Source of the DNA: a virus
Lineage: Duplodnaviria > Caudoviricetes
Length of the DNA stretch: 49,392 nucleotides
Reading direction: 5' to 3' (one strand)
Virus record (IMG/VR): IMGVR_UViG_3300033512_000183
Location: 1-49,392 of that record
A model generated the notes under the pieces. It was not told the origin of the DNA and did not search any database. It was given only the letters and a program-made list of their open reading frames with translations. Numbering within the stretch: position 1 is the stretch's first letter; every line of letters begins with the position of its first letter. Shown piece after piece: positions 1 through 9,635 of the stretch. The translations under genes and the position numbers were made by a program.

Positions 1-1
1 T

Positions 2-397
2 ATAAATGAGGATGGTGGAGATAGTACTCAGATTCTTATAATGAACTCGCACGTACAGAATATAGAGTATCATGATGCGATAATGGATCGATGTTTTCTT
101 GACGGTATAGTGTATACAGATTATCTATACAGAGAGGGGAAAGTATCTGTAAAGGTATTCATTGAATCTAAACTATTATTTGAACACTACATAGGTAATT
201 ATGATCTCATATTCTACCTACCTATAGAGTTCTCCTTACAAGAAGATGGGGTAAGAAGTAACTGTAATAATTTTAGGGAATCTATAGATAACATCTTCAG
301 AGAATATATTCAAAAGTACAACATTCCGGTGACCATACTAACAGGTTCTATAGAAGAGCGCGTGTTACAGATATCAAATAAGATTAAAGGAGAATAA
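2..397 (+). CDS. AAA_28/NadR-like nucleotide kinase-type protein, 5' truncated by window edge
   Basis: Frame is open from base 2 (INEDGGDSTQILIM...). Motifs DRCFLDGIVY and YDLIFYLPIEF..EDGVR are typical of P-loop dNMP kinase/AAA_28 proteins. The Walker A motif would lie upstream of the window. Confidence 0.6.
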   Translation: MNEDGGDSTQILIMNSHVQNIEYHDAIMDRCFLDGIVYTDYLYREGKVSVKVFIESKLLFEHYIGNYDLIFYLPIEFSLQEDGVRSNCNNFRESIDNIFREYIQKYNIPVTILTGSIEERVLQISNKIKGE

Positions 398-400
398 GTA

Positions 401-1273
401 ATGCAATTCAACGAGGATATTTCATCGGTATTAGGTTCGAAAGTTAATTATAAAAACACATATGATCCTAGCATTCTCGTCAGAGAGAGTAGAAGTAGTA
501 ATCGTACGCAATACGGCATTACATCCCCTTTGCCCTTTGTAGGTAAAGATGTATGGAACTGCTACGAGATTTCTTTCTTAGGTAGTAACGGCTTACCTGT
601 CTCCGCTGTTGCAAAGATTGTATATGATTGTAGTAATGAGTATATTGTTGAGAGTAAGTCCTTAAAGTTATACCTTAATTCTTTTAATATGTTTATATCT
701 GAGGGTAAGATAGAAGACTCTATACAAAGAGTAAAGGACCTTATCAGAAAAGATTTAAGCGACCTATTAGGTACGGATGTTGCATTGGAGTTCTTTTTTG
801 ACAATGGAGATAATAAATTATTTATAGATTACGTAGAATTAGAGAAACTTGTACACATAGGTGATACTATATTCTCTACTTTCAAGGAAGATCCGTCGCT
901 GTTACGTGTATCGAAGAATGACCAGTATATTAAAATACGCTCGTCTCTTTTACGTTCAAATTGCAAAATCACAAACCAGCCAGATTGGGGAGATCTATTT
1001 CTTCTCTATAAGGGGAGTAATACGGTAGATCTCATTTCTTTGATGGAATATCTCGTATCATTTAGAGGGGAGAATCATTTTCACGAAGAAGTAGTTGAGA
1101 TGATATATAAAAGACTATACGATGCGTTGGATCCCGAAGAGCTTATGGTAGGTGCGATTTATACACGTAGAGGGGGTATCGACATTAACCCTATACGCGC
1201 AAATAAAGAATACCTCTTAGAGGAAAATCTTATAGATGTAAGTAAACATTGTCAAAAAACTTTAAGACAGTGA
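401..1273 (+). CDS. queF: NADPH-dependent 7-cyano-7-deazaguanine reductase (bimodular QueF)
   Basis: ESKSLKLYLNSF QueF signature, catalytic RSNCKITNQPDWG, FHEE and YTRRGGIDINP motifs; 290 aa two-T-fold length. Confidence 0.93.
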   Translation: MQFNEDISSVLGSKVNYKNTYDPSILVRESRSSNRTQYGITSPLPFVGKDVWNCYEISFLGSNGLPVSAVAKIVYDCSNEYIVESKSLKLYLNSFNMFISEGKIEDSIQRVKDLIRKDLSDLLGTDVALEFFFDNGDNKLFIDYVELEKLVHIGDTIFSTFKEDPSLLRVSKNDQYIKIRSSLLRSNCKITNQPDWGDLFLLYKGSNTVDLISLMEYLVSFRGENHFHEEVVEMIYKRLYDALDPEELMVGAIYTRRGGIDINPIRANKEYLLEENLIDVSKHCQKTLRQ

Positions 1274-1359
1274 TTATCTTAGGTTGAATAGAAGTGGGTA
1301 CTTATACTCCTCTCCAAAGATTCTATCTTTGTTCTTAATTTTTTTATAGGAGTTACTTT

Positions 1360-3261
1360 ATGAATGAAGCTGTTGTTAGTGTGAGTGGCGGTATGGATTC
1401 GACAGGATTATTACTGCGACTCTTATCTGAAGGAAGAGACGTTAACTGTATTAGTTTTTATTACGGCCAAAAACACTCAGTAGAATTGGAGAGACTCAAA
1501 AAGAATATTGAGTATCTCGCTTCGAAGGGTATTATAGTTCAATACAATTCAGCAGATCTTTCCTCTGTAATGGGACTATATCATTCAGCGTTAACAGAAA
1601 AGGACTATGTGGTGCCTGAAGGTCACTATGCAGATGAAAATATGAAACAGACCGTAGTACCAAATCGTAATGCAATCTTTTCATCGCTTGTATACGGGTA
1701 TGCTCTATCTATTGCTACAGAGAGACAAGTTAACGTAGATATTGCTTTAGGAGTACATTCTGGGGACCACTGCTTCACAAGAGATACAAAGATCTTAACT
1801 CCTAAAGGATTAAAAACAGTAGACACTCTAAAAATTGGGGAAAGTGTTTATTCTTTTAACGAAGAAAGTCGTGTATGGGAGGAAGATACCCTTGTAGATA
1901 TAATAAAAAAGAATGTTGTAGAGAAGGTGAATATTATAACTACACAGGCGGGTGAGTTAGAATTAACAGATGAACATGAAGTGTATAGGTTGAAATTGGG
2001 GGAGTTTGATAATACATTTGGATTTTCTAAATCGATTGAAAAAGTAAAGGTAAGTGATTTAGAAGAAGGTGACTATCTTGTACAGCCTACATCTATTTTT
2101 AATAAAGATGTACCTGCTAACTTAAATTTGTTTGAGACAGTACAGAAAATTTTACAGAAGTATGAGAACGCACCCGAGTTAGTTAGGGAGGGAGGGAAGA
2201 TAGGCCTTTGTACAAGGAGTAAGAAGGGAGACGCAGGATTTATTGCGGAGGATATAGATCTAAAAGATCTTGTCAGTATTCTTGCTTGGTATATAGCAGA
2301 AGGATGGTCAGACGAGGAACCTTATAATTTGAGAGAAAACGGTGACTCTCGTTTTTGTGCAACTTTTTGTCAGAGTATAAAAGCTAATTTAGAAAAGGTG
2401 GAGTATACTATAGAGAGACTTAAAACAAGCTCTATTCCGGTGAAGTACGAGTTTTCAAAGCTAAAGCATAACAATTATCCTAAAGAGATCAACTTTTATT
2501 TTTCTAATATTGTAAGTCTGTTGATGAAGGAGTGTGGTAGTCATTCTTACGTGGAGCATATACCTTCTTGGTTGTGGGAAATTCTAGTATCTTCTTTAGA
2601 GTTAAGAGAAGAGTTTATAAGAAGTATCACATTAGGGGACGGGTTTAACTATAATGAGCAGGTGAAGGGATTCTGTTCGACCTCCCCGGTGCTTATGGAA
2701 CAAATGATAACACTACTACAGCTATCCGGTTATCATTACTCTCTTACTAAAAGTAAAACAACCACAAAGTACATAACTTTTTCAAAAAAGGGTACGAAGC
2801 AGGCGTTACTCTCTTTAGGAGACGCTAAATTTACAAAAATACTCTATATAGGTGAAAAAGATTATAACGATAACGTATTTGATCTTTCTGTCAAGAACAA
2901 TCATAACTTTGCTGCTGGTAATTTCGGGCAACATCTTATATCCAATAGTATATACCCAGACTGCCGACCTGAATTTTATGATGCAATTTATAAAGCATTT
3001 ACTATTGGAAACTGGGAATCAGAAAAAGTAAGTTACTACCTCCCTTACATGGAAAAAGATAAATATTTTATCCTGAAAGATGCGCAGGAAAGTTGTATTA
3101 AATTAGGATTAGATTTTAATACAGTATTTGCGAATACAAATACATGTTACGCACCTAATGCTGCAGGAGAATCTTGTGGAAAATGTGGGAGTTGTACTGA
3201 ACGTTTAGAGGCTTTTGAAAAATTAGGTATAAAAGACCCCGTAAAATATTCTAGTTTTTGA
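1360..3261 (+). CDS. queC: 7-cyano-7-deazaguanine synthase QueC containing an intein
   Basis: SGGMDS PP-loop, YGQKH, VVPNRN, YPDCR and C-terminal TCY...CGKCGSC zinc site; 241 aa once the intein is removed. Confidence 0.93.
   Translation: MNEAVVSVSGGMDSTGLLLRLLSEGRDVNCISFYYGQKHSVELERLKKNIEYLASKGIIVQYNSADLSSVMGLYHSALTEKDYVVPEGHYADENMKQTVVPNRNAIFSSLVYGYALSIATERQVNVDIALGVHSGDHCFTRDTKILTPKGLKTVDTLKIGESVYSFNEESRVWEEDTLVDIIKKNVVEKVNIITTQAGELELTDEHEVYRLKLGEFDNTFGFSKSIEKVKVSDLEEGDYLVQPTSIFNKDVPANLNLFETVQKILQKYENAPELVREGGKIGLCTRSKKGDAGFIAEDIDLKDLVSILAWYIAEGWSDEEPYNLRENGDSRFCATFCQSIKANLEKVEYTIERLKTSSIPVKYEFSKLKHNNYPKEINFYFSNIVSLLMKECGSHSYVEHIPSWLWEILVSSLELREEFIRSITLGDGFNYNEQVKGFCSTSPVLMEQMITLLQLSGYHYSLTKSKTTTKYITFSKKGTKQALLSLGDAKFTKILYIGEKDYNDNVFDLSVKNNHNFAAGNFGQHLISNSIYPDCRPEFYDAIYKAFTIGNWESEKVSYYLPYMEKDKYFILKDAQESCIKLGLDFNTVFANTNTCYAPNAAGESCGKCGSCTERLEAFEKLGIKDPVKYSSF
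1771..2946 (+). mobile_element. Intein with LAGLIDADG homing endonuclease domain (392 aa) in queC
   Basis: Begins CFTRDTKILT (block A), has LTDEHEV (block B TxxH), LAWYIAEG and FIRSITLGDG (LAGLIDADG-like), VFDLSVKNNHNF (block F), ends ISN followed by +1 Ser. Confidence 0.92.
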
Positions 3262-3270
3262 AAAAAAAGT

Positions 3271-3299
3271 TTTAAATCTTCTCTCTTTTTACTTATATT
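3271..3299 (+). promoter_or_regulatory. Bipartite promoter TTTAAA-N17-TATATT
   Basis: Same elements and 17-nt spacing recur at 10128, 28751 and 29784, always intergenic and upstream of an RBS. Confidence 0.65.
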
Positions 3300-3332
3300 A
3301 TATATGTAAGTAATTAAGAGAGGGGTAATAAC

Positions 3333-3620
3333 ATGGCGAAAGAGTCGTATTACATGAGAAAGAAAAGAGAGAAGATGGAAGGTATAATTAACGATTCCAA
3401 GGGGGTATTAAAAGGCAAAGGGAAGTTAACGACCTCCCAGCAGAATAAATTACTTCTTGGAGATATTACTAAACGACGAGAAGAGGAAACAGAGGCTATT
3501 GCAGAGAAGGGGATTACACATCGTACGTTTAGATGTTCTTGTGGATATACAGTTTCAATTGAAGGTACATTAGCCGGCGATTTATCTATAACCAAGTGTA
3601 GTAAATGTTCTAAAGCGTAG
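3333..3620 (+). CDS. Hypothetical protein with C-terminal zinc ribbon
   Basis: RBS GAGGGG; CSCG...CSKC motif. Confidence 0.6.
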   Translation: MAKESYYMRKKREKMEGIINDSKGVLKGKGKLTTSQQNKLLLGDITKRREEETEAIAEKGITHRTFRCSCGYTVSIEGTLAGDLSITKCSKCSKA

Positions 3621-3634
3621 AGAGGTAGGATTAA

Positions 3635-4009
3635 ATGAAAAAATACGATCCAACAAAGTATTTAAAAGAGACTGATGACTACATTGAGTATCTTGGTTTT
3701 GCGGATGAGTTAAAAGGAACTGTTGACCCCCAAGCATACAAGCATCTTGAGGTAATGTTAAAACAACAAGATAAACTCATAGGCGATAGTAGAGAAGAGT
3801 GGTCCTCTGTATGGCAAGATGAACAGGATGCTCAAGACTCATTTGAGGATTTTATTAAAGCTGAGGAGAAACTCGTCAAGCAACTTCAAGGAGTTAAATC
3901 CAGAGAAGCTATCGCTACGCTGTCTAATGCAAAGAATATAATGACTTTATGGAAAAATATGACAACAAAGAGATTCTCAGTTTATGATAAAGACGGCAAA
4001 GAAAAATAA
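3635..4009 (+). CDS. Putative internal head protein (N-terminal MKKYDPTKYLKE motif)
   Basis: RBS AGGA; N-terminus matches the motif on ORFs 13893, 16257, 18164 and 23393. Confidence 0.55.
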   Translation: MKKYDPTKYLKETDDYIEYLGFADELKGTVDPQAYKHLEVMLKQQDKLIGDSREEWSSVWQDEQDAQDSFEDFIKAEEKLVKQLQGVKSREAIATLSNAKNIMTLWKNMTTKRFSVYDKDGKEK

Positions 4010-4060
4010 CCTACAGAACACCAAAAGTGTTAAATTTTTTATTTATAAGGAGCCAAAAAT

Positions 4061-4240
4061 ATGGCAAAACCTACAACTCTCACTCTCAATTCGAAAGAAC
4101 AAAAAGCAGTTCTTTCAGCATTCAAAAGTTCAAAGGATGCACGTGGAATTGCAAAAAATCTTGGACTTCCACGTCATCAAGTAATGGCTTTTCTTGAGTC
4201 AAAGCGTCTTGCTTCGTATTCTGAAGGGTCTTACATGTAA
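4061..4240 (+). CDS. 59-aa basic helix-turn-helix-like protein (not in ORF track)
   Basis: Strong RBS TAAGGAG; translates as MAKPTTLTLNSKEQKAVLSAFKSSKDARGIAKNLGLPRHQVMAFLESKRLASYSEGSYM; followed by a terminator. Confidence 0.75.
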   Translation: MAKPTTLTLNSKEQKAVLSAFKSSKDARGIAKNLGLPRHQVMAFLESKRLASYSEGSYM

Positions 4241-4258
4241 CTTTGAGAGAATAGTTGA

Positions 4259-4297
4259 AAACCTCTCCTCTGAAATATGAGGAGAGGTTTCTTATTT
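4259..4297 (+). terminator. Intrinsic terminator
   Basis: 12-bp stem AAACCTCTCCTC/GAGGAGAGGTTT followed by a T-rich tail. Confidence 0.8.
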
Positions 4298-4321
4298 AAA
4301 CAAATTGTTAGGAGTAAATAT

Positions 4322-5092
4322 ATGGAAGAAGAATTAGAATCAAAACGTGGTAAACCTCTTACGTGTAAATATTGTAAGAAAGAATTTCGATTTGAATTAA
4401 AATCAGAACGACAAGTTTGGATCGAGTCAGTTTATCAATGCCCAAATTGCAATATAGACTACTGCATCTTACCCCCAACAGAAAGAGACCTAAGACATTT
4501 GCAAGCTGCATATCTGAAATCAAGAACAAATAAAGATTTAATAGCTATGGTTAAGATACTACATTCATATTGTGGTTCTCTTATTAAGAAGTCGTTTTCT
4601 AATAAAATACAAGAACCTGGGAAATTAGAATACTACGTGCATCATGCAGTAACTTTTTTAATTGAAGACTACTTGTCCAAACCTAATTTCTCGATACAAA
4701 CTTCTTTTGGTGGGTTTTTAATCCATAAAATTCGTCAAGCTATTTTTGGTAAGCCGGAACATGACATGGATGCTGACTCTATGGATTTCATGTTCGATGA
4801 TGGCAACCAAGTTCAATACTCCGATCATAAGGATTGTGTAATAGATTCATTACACAAGCGAACAGAAAAAGAGCATATTGCAAAAAAATTATCTGAATTG
4901 ATTTATAGGATAGAAGACTATTGTAGTAGTAGAGAAGAAAATTATATACGATTACTTAATGTACATAACCATTTATATGCTGGTGAAAATAACCCTGATA
5001 AATTTTTTAACTGCTATGATAAAACAGGTAAGATGAAGTATATTGAAAGTATGGAGTTGTTAAGAAAGGAGTTACAAACAGTAGAAACGTGA
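4322..5092 (+). CDS. Zinc-ribbon plus sigma-factor region-2-like protein (putative phage sigma factor)
   Basis: RBS AGGAG before ATG 4322 (the track start at 4277 lies inside the terminator). CKYC...CPNC is followed by helices ending SFGGFLIHKIRQAI, resembling sigma region 2.3-2.4. Confidence 0.5.
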   Translation: MEEELESKRGKPLTCKYCKKEFRFELKSERQVWIESVYQCPNCNIDYCILPPTERDLRHLQAAYLKSRTNKDLIAMVKILHSYCGSLIKKSFSNKIQEPGKLEYYVHHAVTFLIEDYLSKPNFSIQTSFGGFLIHKIRQAIFGKPEHDMDADSMDFMFDDGNQVQYSDHKDCVIDSLHKRTEKEHIAKKLSELIYRIEDYCSSREENYIRLLNVHNHLYAGENNPDKFFNCYDKTGKMKYIESMELLRKELQTVET

Positions 5093-5140
5093 TAATTTAT
5101 AACTTATACTAATTTCTAATAAAGAGGTTAGTATAGAATT

Positions 5141-5617
5141 ATGGGATCACAGAATCAGATTATTAAAGAAAAATTAGACCATTATTTTAAGACAGATGAA
5201 GTAGAATCGCAAAAGATATTTGACCAATTGTCAATGTATATATTTTCTACAGAATCAAAAGGTAATGATTTACACATACTTGCAAAGTTGCTTCCAAGAG
5301 AACAACTTATGAAAGTGATAAACTATTATAATGGAGACATGTTAAGACTGCCAACAAAAGCGCAGTTCCAAGATTGTTTATTATTATCTATTACGTATTA
5401 TTTGAAGCATGTAAAAGGATTTACGTGGACTGAGATAAAAGAATTTTTAGATTTACCTGAGAACGATAAAGACATGATTAGCTCAATATCATTAGGTAGT
5501 AGAATAAATCGTATACAAGAGAATATGAATAAAGAAATGTTGATGCTACTTGATCAATTGGATTTGAAAAAAGTAGATGAATTTGTAAAAGGATTACGGA
5601 GTGTTGAAAATGAGTAA
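5141..5617 (+). CDS. Mor-like transcription regulator (putative)
   Basis: LAKLLPREQLMKVINYYNGDMLRLP resembles the Mor/C activator motif, followed by HTH-like GFTWTEIKEFLDL. Confidence 0.4.
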   Translation: MGSQNQIIKEKLDHYFKTDEVESQKIFDQLSMYIFSTESKGNDLHILAKLLPREQLMKVINYYNGDMLRLPTKAQFQDCLLLSITYYLKHVKGFTWTEIKEFLDLPENDKDMISSISLGSRINRIQENMNKEMLMLLDQLDLKKVDEFVKGLRSVENE

Positions 5618-6068
5618 GGATATATTGACTACAATAACTGAAATTGATAATGATGAGAACCTTTCTAATTCACAGAAGGATAGGTTGCTTGATCCACAAG
5701 TTGCTTTAATCAATTTTCTTAACTCTCATTTACGTAAAGTTAGTTCAAAGAATGCTCTTAAGGAGGCACTTGAGGAACGCTTTACTCAAGAACTTCAAGA
5801 TGATACTCTTTCTACTGGAGCAAGATTAAAACTATTTGAAATTCTACAATCGAAAGAAACTGATTCTGAACTTGGTGCTTTGAATGTCATATCAAAGATG
5901 CTTGAAGTAAAAGCAAGTAAAGGAAATGAGCCAGAGAAAGGGGCTACTAAGCAAGAGTCTAATGTTAATCAAGAAACTTTAAAAGAAGCACAAGATGGAT
6001 TAGCATTTATAAACAAGCTTCGTAATACCGAAGGGTTGGATGAGTTTTTCAAAAAGAAGGAGAAGTAG
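5610..6068 (+). CDS. Hypothetical helical protein
   Basis: ORF overlapping the previous stop; ATG 5610 preceded by GGAG. Confidence 0.55.
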   Translation: MSKDILTTITEIDNDENLSNSQKDRLLDPQVALINFLNSHLRKVSSKNALKEALEERFTQELQDDTLSTGARLKLFEILQSKETDSELGALNVISKMLEVKASKGNEPEKGATKQESNVNQETLKEAQDGLAFINKLRNTEGLDEFFKKKEK

Positions 6069-6779
6069 TTGAGAAATAAGAGGCCAAAAAGAGATTTTTA
6101 CGAGTGGTTAAACTGTTCTTATAGATTTAAAGAATCAGTTATTCATGTTCAAAAATATTTGAATATATTGGATGATGAGTTAAAACAATTAAGTAGAAAG
6201 TTAATTACCTTTAAAGGGGATACACTACAATTGTTTAATGAGACATTTTATACTTATAAAATAAAATTTGTAATGTATAATGATTATGATGGTAAAAATG
6301 GTATTGTTAAAGGAGTTACAAATAAAGAAAATATTGAGGTTAGGGTAAACGAAGATTTCTATCTATACACAAATAAAGATAATTTAGATATATTCAAGGA
6401 ATTTAAATTCGATCTACTACTATTATTTTCTCATGAACTCGTGCATAGAGGACAATACTATGTTAGGGCAGGTGACAAAATAAATTTTTATAATTTTGAC
6501 GGTGAACCAACTAAAACTACTCTAGAATATCTTGATAATCCTCATGAAGCAATGGCTTATGCTCTTATGTATATAGAAAGTTTGAGATACTCTGGTGTTA
6601 AAAACGATGAAATACTGGCGATGTTAAAAACAGGTAATTTTTTAAGAAGCGACTCTATTCATATTACTTTTTATATAAAAGATATGAAAGCCTCAAATTA
6701 TAATATGTTTAAAAGATTTAGGAAATATCTTTATCAATATTTAGTTGATCCAATTACCTATGATTTAAGGCTGGTGTAA
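6069..6779 (+). CDS. Putative zincin-like metallopeptidase (HExxH), paralog of 38221..38940
   Basis: SHELVHRGQYY and NPHEAMAYA motifs. Confidence 0.55.
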   Translation: MRNKRPKRDFYEWLNCSYRFKESVIHVQKYLNILDDELKQLSRKLITFKGDTLQLFNETFYTYKIKFVMYNDYDGKNGIVKGVTNKENIEVRVNEDFYLYTNKDNLDIFKEFKFDLLLLFSHELVHRGQYYVRAGDKINFYNFDGEPTKTTLEYLDNPHEAMAYALMYIESLRYSGVKNDEILAMLKTGNFLRSDSIHITFYIKDMKASNYNMFKRFRKYLYQYLVDPITYDLRLV

Positions 6780-6780
6780 T

Positions 6781-7722
6781 TTGTATAATAATTTAATAGT
6801 AGACTGCAACAATTTATTTTGGCGTACAGTTTGTACTTCAATAAAAGACGTAACAAAAGTTGATGGCGCTCAGATCTATTCGTCAGTACTTGTAAATTTT
6901 CTTGACAGAATAAAAGAGCTTAAACGTCAATTCCTTTCTGAAAATGGAAAGATGTATTTATTGTTTGATAATCCAACATCAACAATTAAACTTAGAAAGT
7001 TGATCGATGAAAGCTATAAACATTCTCGTACAGATAAAGATGTACCTAAAGCTTTTTGGGATACTCTTTTTATTTTGCAAGAAGTTTTAAAAGTTTACGA
7101 AAATGATTATATTATAGTAAGAGCTGATTCTTGTGAAGCCGATGACTTAGTAGTAAATGTTCTTAAACGATGTGAGGGTAAGTCTCTTTTAGTTTCTGCT
7201 GATTTGGATTGGGCGAGAAGTATTTCAAAATCATCCGAGAAGGAAGTGGTCTGGTTTAATTTCCATGACCAGTACACTTTAGAATTTTTTAATATGAAGT
7301 ATGGTTTTTATCCTGATGGAAATAAAATTAAGATATATAAAGCTATACGGGGAGATAAATCAGATTGTATAGAGGCTTCATTACCCCATATTCCAGAAGC
7401 TACTGTAATTCATTTGCTTGAGAATTATGGTGATGTAGAAGACATTATCAAAAACGTATGTAAGGATGATCAAGTTAACAGTACATGGAAAACTCGTATA
7501 AAAGATAATTGGCAAAAATTGACTATGAATTACCAGCTTGTTGACTTTATTGATGTTCCTGATAGTGAGATAAAGTTTATAGAATGTACCTATGTTTTAT
7601 CAGGATTAAAGATTTGGTATAGAATGTTAGACATGCCTTTTGAAGCAAGGATGATAACTGAAAAAAGTGAAAAGAAAATGTTCTTTGCTAAAAAGAAACT
7701 GACAAGAGCAAAACAGTATTAG
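6781..7722 (+). CDS. 5'-3' exonuclease / flap endonuclease (T4 RNase H-like)
   Basis: IVDCNN, EADD, SADLDW and GDKSD acidic motifs of the FEN/5' nuclease family. Confidence 0.88.
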   Translation: MYNNLIVDCNNLFWRTVCTSIKDVTKVDGAQIYSSVLVNFLDRIKELKRQFLSENGKMYLLFDNPTSTIKLRKLIDESYKHSRTDKDVPKAFWDTLFILQEVLKVYENDYIIVRADSCEADDLVVNVLKRCEGKSLLVSADLDWARSISKSSEKEVVWFNFHDQYTLEFFNMKYGFYPDGNKIKIYKAIRGDKSDCIEASLPHIPEATVIHLLENYGDVEDIIKNVCKDDQVNSTWKTRIKDNWQKLTMNYQLVDFIDVPDSEIKFIECTYVLSGLKIWYRMLDMPFEARMITEKSEKKMFFAKKKLTRAKQY

Positions 7723-7732
7723 GAGAAACCCA

Positions 7733-9118
7733 TTGAGTGATGAAATCGATTTCTTTTCTTCGTTTGCAAAAACAATTGTAACTGACGAACAGGCATACAT
7801 AGCTTATTGTATCGCCAATCCTGAGCAGATACACTTTGTAAGTAAGGAAATATTTCAAGATAAAGATTGTGTTGCTTTATATGAATCAATTGAAAAAATC
7901 AATAATCAGAAGTTGGCTGTAGAACTAAATTTACTTGCTGAAATTTCGCTTGTACCTAAAAGACAAGTAAAAGCTATTATAGATAATAATAAGGAATTTG
8001 AAAACATTGAGCACGTAACACTCAAACGCCTTAAAGAAGTAAATACAAAGCGTAAGTTGTGTAAAGACCTTGATGATATAACTAAAAAAGGTATTGATAA
8101 AGATTTTCAAATATCACATATTACAGAGATAGCTGAGAAGATAATCAATGGTGCTTACGATACAATGAACGATGATAAATTGTTGAATACTCAACAGTTG
8201 TCATCTATCTATTTAGATACTTTAACAAAAAGAAAAAACCCTAAATTAAAAAGAACTATGGGGTATGATAATATAGATAGGTTGTTGGCTCGTCCTGCTG
8301 AACCACAAGAGCTTTCAATTATTATAGGGGCAAAAGGAAGCGGCAAAAGTCTTATACTTAAGGGTTGTGAGAACTCAATGGTAAATACAGGTCAATGTGT
8401 TATATCATTTAACCTTGAGATGTCTGTATCTTCAAACTATGATAGACTTATCTCTATGAGAGAAAGAATACCTCTTGATACTTTGCTTATGAAAGAAGGA
8501 ATTAGTGCAAGAGATGAAGCAAAGATTCATAAAGGTATTGAGCGTATACAAGAATTAAATAACTATTATTATTACCCAGATCCTTCACTGACATTCAAAG
8601 AACTTGATGATTATATCTATATGGCTAAAAAGAAATTCAAAATAAATGGTGTATTACCAGAAGATGGTTATACAGTTGTTACGGTTGACTTAGGAGACAT
8701 GATAGAAGAATTTTCAGGTAAAGATCCTTATGCATTGAAAGCGGCTGTTAATAAACTTTCAATTATAAATAGAAAACATAACTGTCATATAATTTTGTTG
8801 TTGCAAAGCAATGAGAACAATTTACGCGGTGGTAAAAGTTTTCCTAATCCAGAAGCATGTGATAATTTTACTTTACAAATAGAAAACGTTGAAGGAGGTT
8901 CAGCATACGCAGCTCGTGCAAGGGTAGTAATGGCTATCAATCGTCCACTACTACTAAAAAGAAGATTCTTTCCTGCACGACAAGAAGAATGGGATATTGA
9001 AACTGATGTAATGTACTTGAATGTAGTGAAGCAGAATGACGGTAAACTGGGGAGATGTGGTTTCATATTTCCTGACGATTCGTTCAGAATTGAACCTTAC
9101 GATTTACAAAGGAGATAA
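7733..9118 (+). CDS. DnaB-like replicative helicase
   Basis: Walker A GAKGSGKS, FNLEMS, LLLQSN and VKQNDG motifs of SF4 helicases. Confidence 0.85.
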   Translation: MSDEIDFFSSFAKTIVTDEQAYIAYCIANPEQIHFVSKEIFQDKDCVALYESIEKINNQKLAVELNLLAEISLVPKRQVKAIIDNNKEFENIEHVTLKRLKEVNTKRKLCKDLDDITKKGIDKDFQISHITEIAEKIINGAYDTMNDDKLLNTQQLSSIYLDTLTKRKNPKLKRTMGYDNIDRLLARPAEPQELSIIIGAKGSGKSLILKGCENSMVNTGQCVISFNLEMSVSSNYDRLISMRERIPLDTLLMKEGISARDEAKIHKGIERIQELNNYYYYPDPSLTFKELDDYIYMAKKKFKINGVLPEDGYTVVTVDLGDMIEEFSGKDPYALKAAVNKLSIINRKHNCHIILLLQSNENNLRGGKSFPNPEACDNFTLQIENVEGGSAYAARARVVMAINRPLLLKRRFFPARQEEWDIETDVMYLNVVKQNDGKLGRCGFIFPDDSFRIEPYDLQRR

Positions 9119-9119
9119 T

Positions 9120-9353
9120 ATGATTACTAAAAAAGTAGACGACATTGTAGTAGGTGATATACTACTCAGAAAAGATGACAATTTGTATTATACAGTAGAT
9201 AGTATAATTGAAGATGACGAATCTGGTCATAATTTGTATTTTAAGTATTTGGGATATGTGCGTAAAAAAGGGTTGAAGAAAATGTTTACTAATCTATTTA
9301 ATGATATTCATGTATACGAAAAAAGTGAAGTATCAAATGGAGTTTGTTTTTAG
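9120..9353 (+). CDS. Hypothetical protein (77 aa)
   Basis: RBS AAGGAG before ATG 9120. Confidence 0.6.
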   Translation: MITKKVDDIVVGDILLRKDDNLYYTVDSIIEDDESGHNLYFKYLGYVRKKGLKKMFTNLFNDIHVYEKSEVSNGVCF

Positions 9354-9368
9354 AGAGGGATAAAACGA

Positions 9369-9635
9369 ATGGCTTGTATTATAGAAATGCGGTGTTTGAA
9401 TAAAGATTGTGAAACTGATTTGTTTGATTATGATAAAGGGAGTATTATGAATGATACTCCTGAAGGTATAAAATGTCCTACTTGTGGTAGTAAGAAAACA
9501 CATAGAGTATATGGAGTATTAGCTACCGAAGTGTGCGAGGGTCTTCTAGGCAACGCAAAAAATTCTTATAATAAAGGTGTCATAAACCATCGTTCAAATC
9601 TTGCTGGAAATTTGAAAGGAAAGAGGGTTCGATGA
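9369..9635 (+). CDS. FmdB-like zinc-ribbon protein
   Basis: EMRCLNKDC...KCPTCGS motif. Confidence 0.6.
   Translation: MACIIEMRCLNKDCETDLFDYDKGSIMNDTPEGIKCPTCGSKKTHRVYGVLATEVCEGLLGNAKNSYNKGVINHRSNLAGNLKGKRVR

Noticed and set aside
1274-1359. Canonical preQ1 riboswitch before queC
   Set aside because: No match by eye to the class I stem-loop plus A-rich tail or to the class II consensus; kept only as a weak anti-SD observation.
3984-4184. 66-aa + strand ORF
   Set aside because: Overlaps the better supported 4061..4240 gene, which has a strong RBS in another frame.
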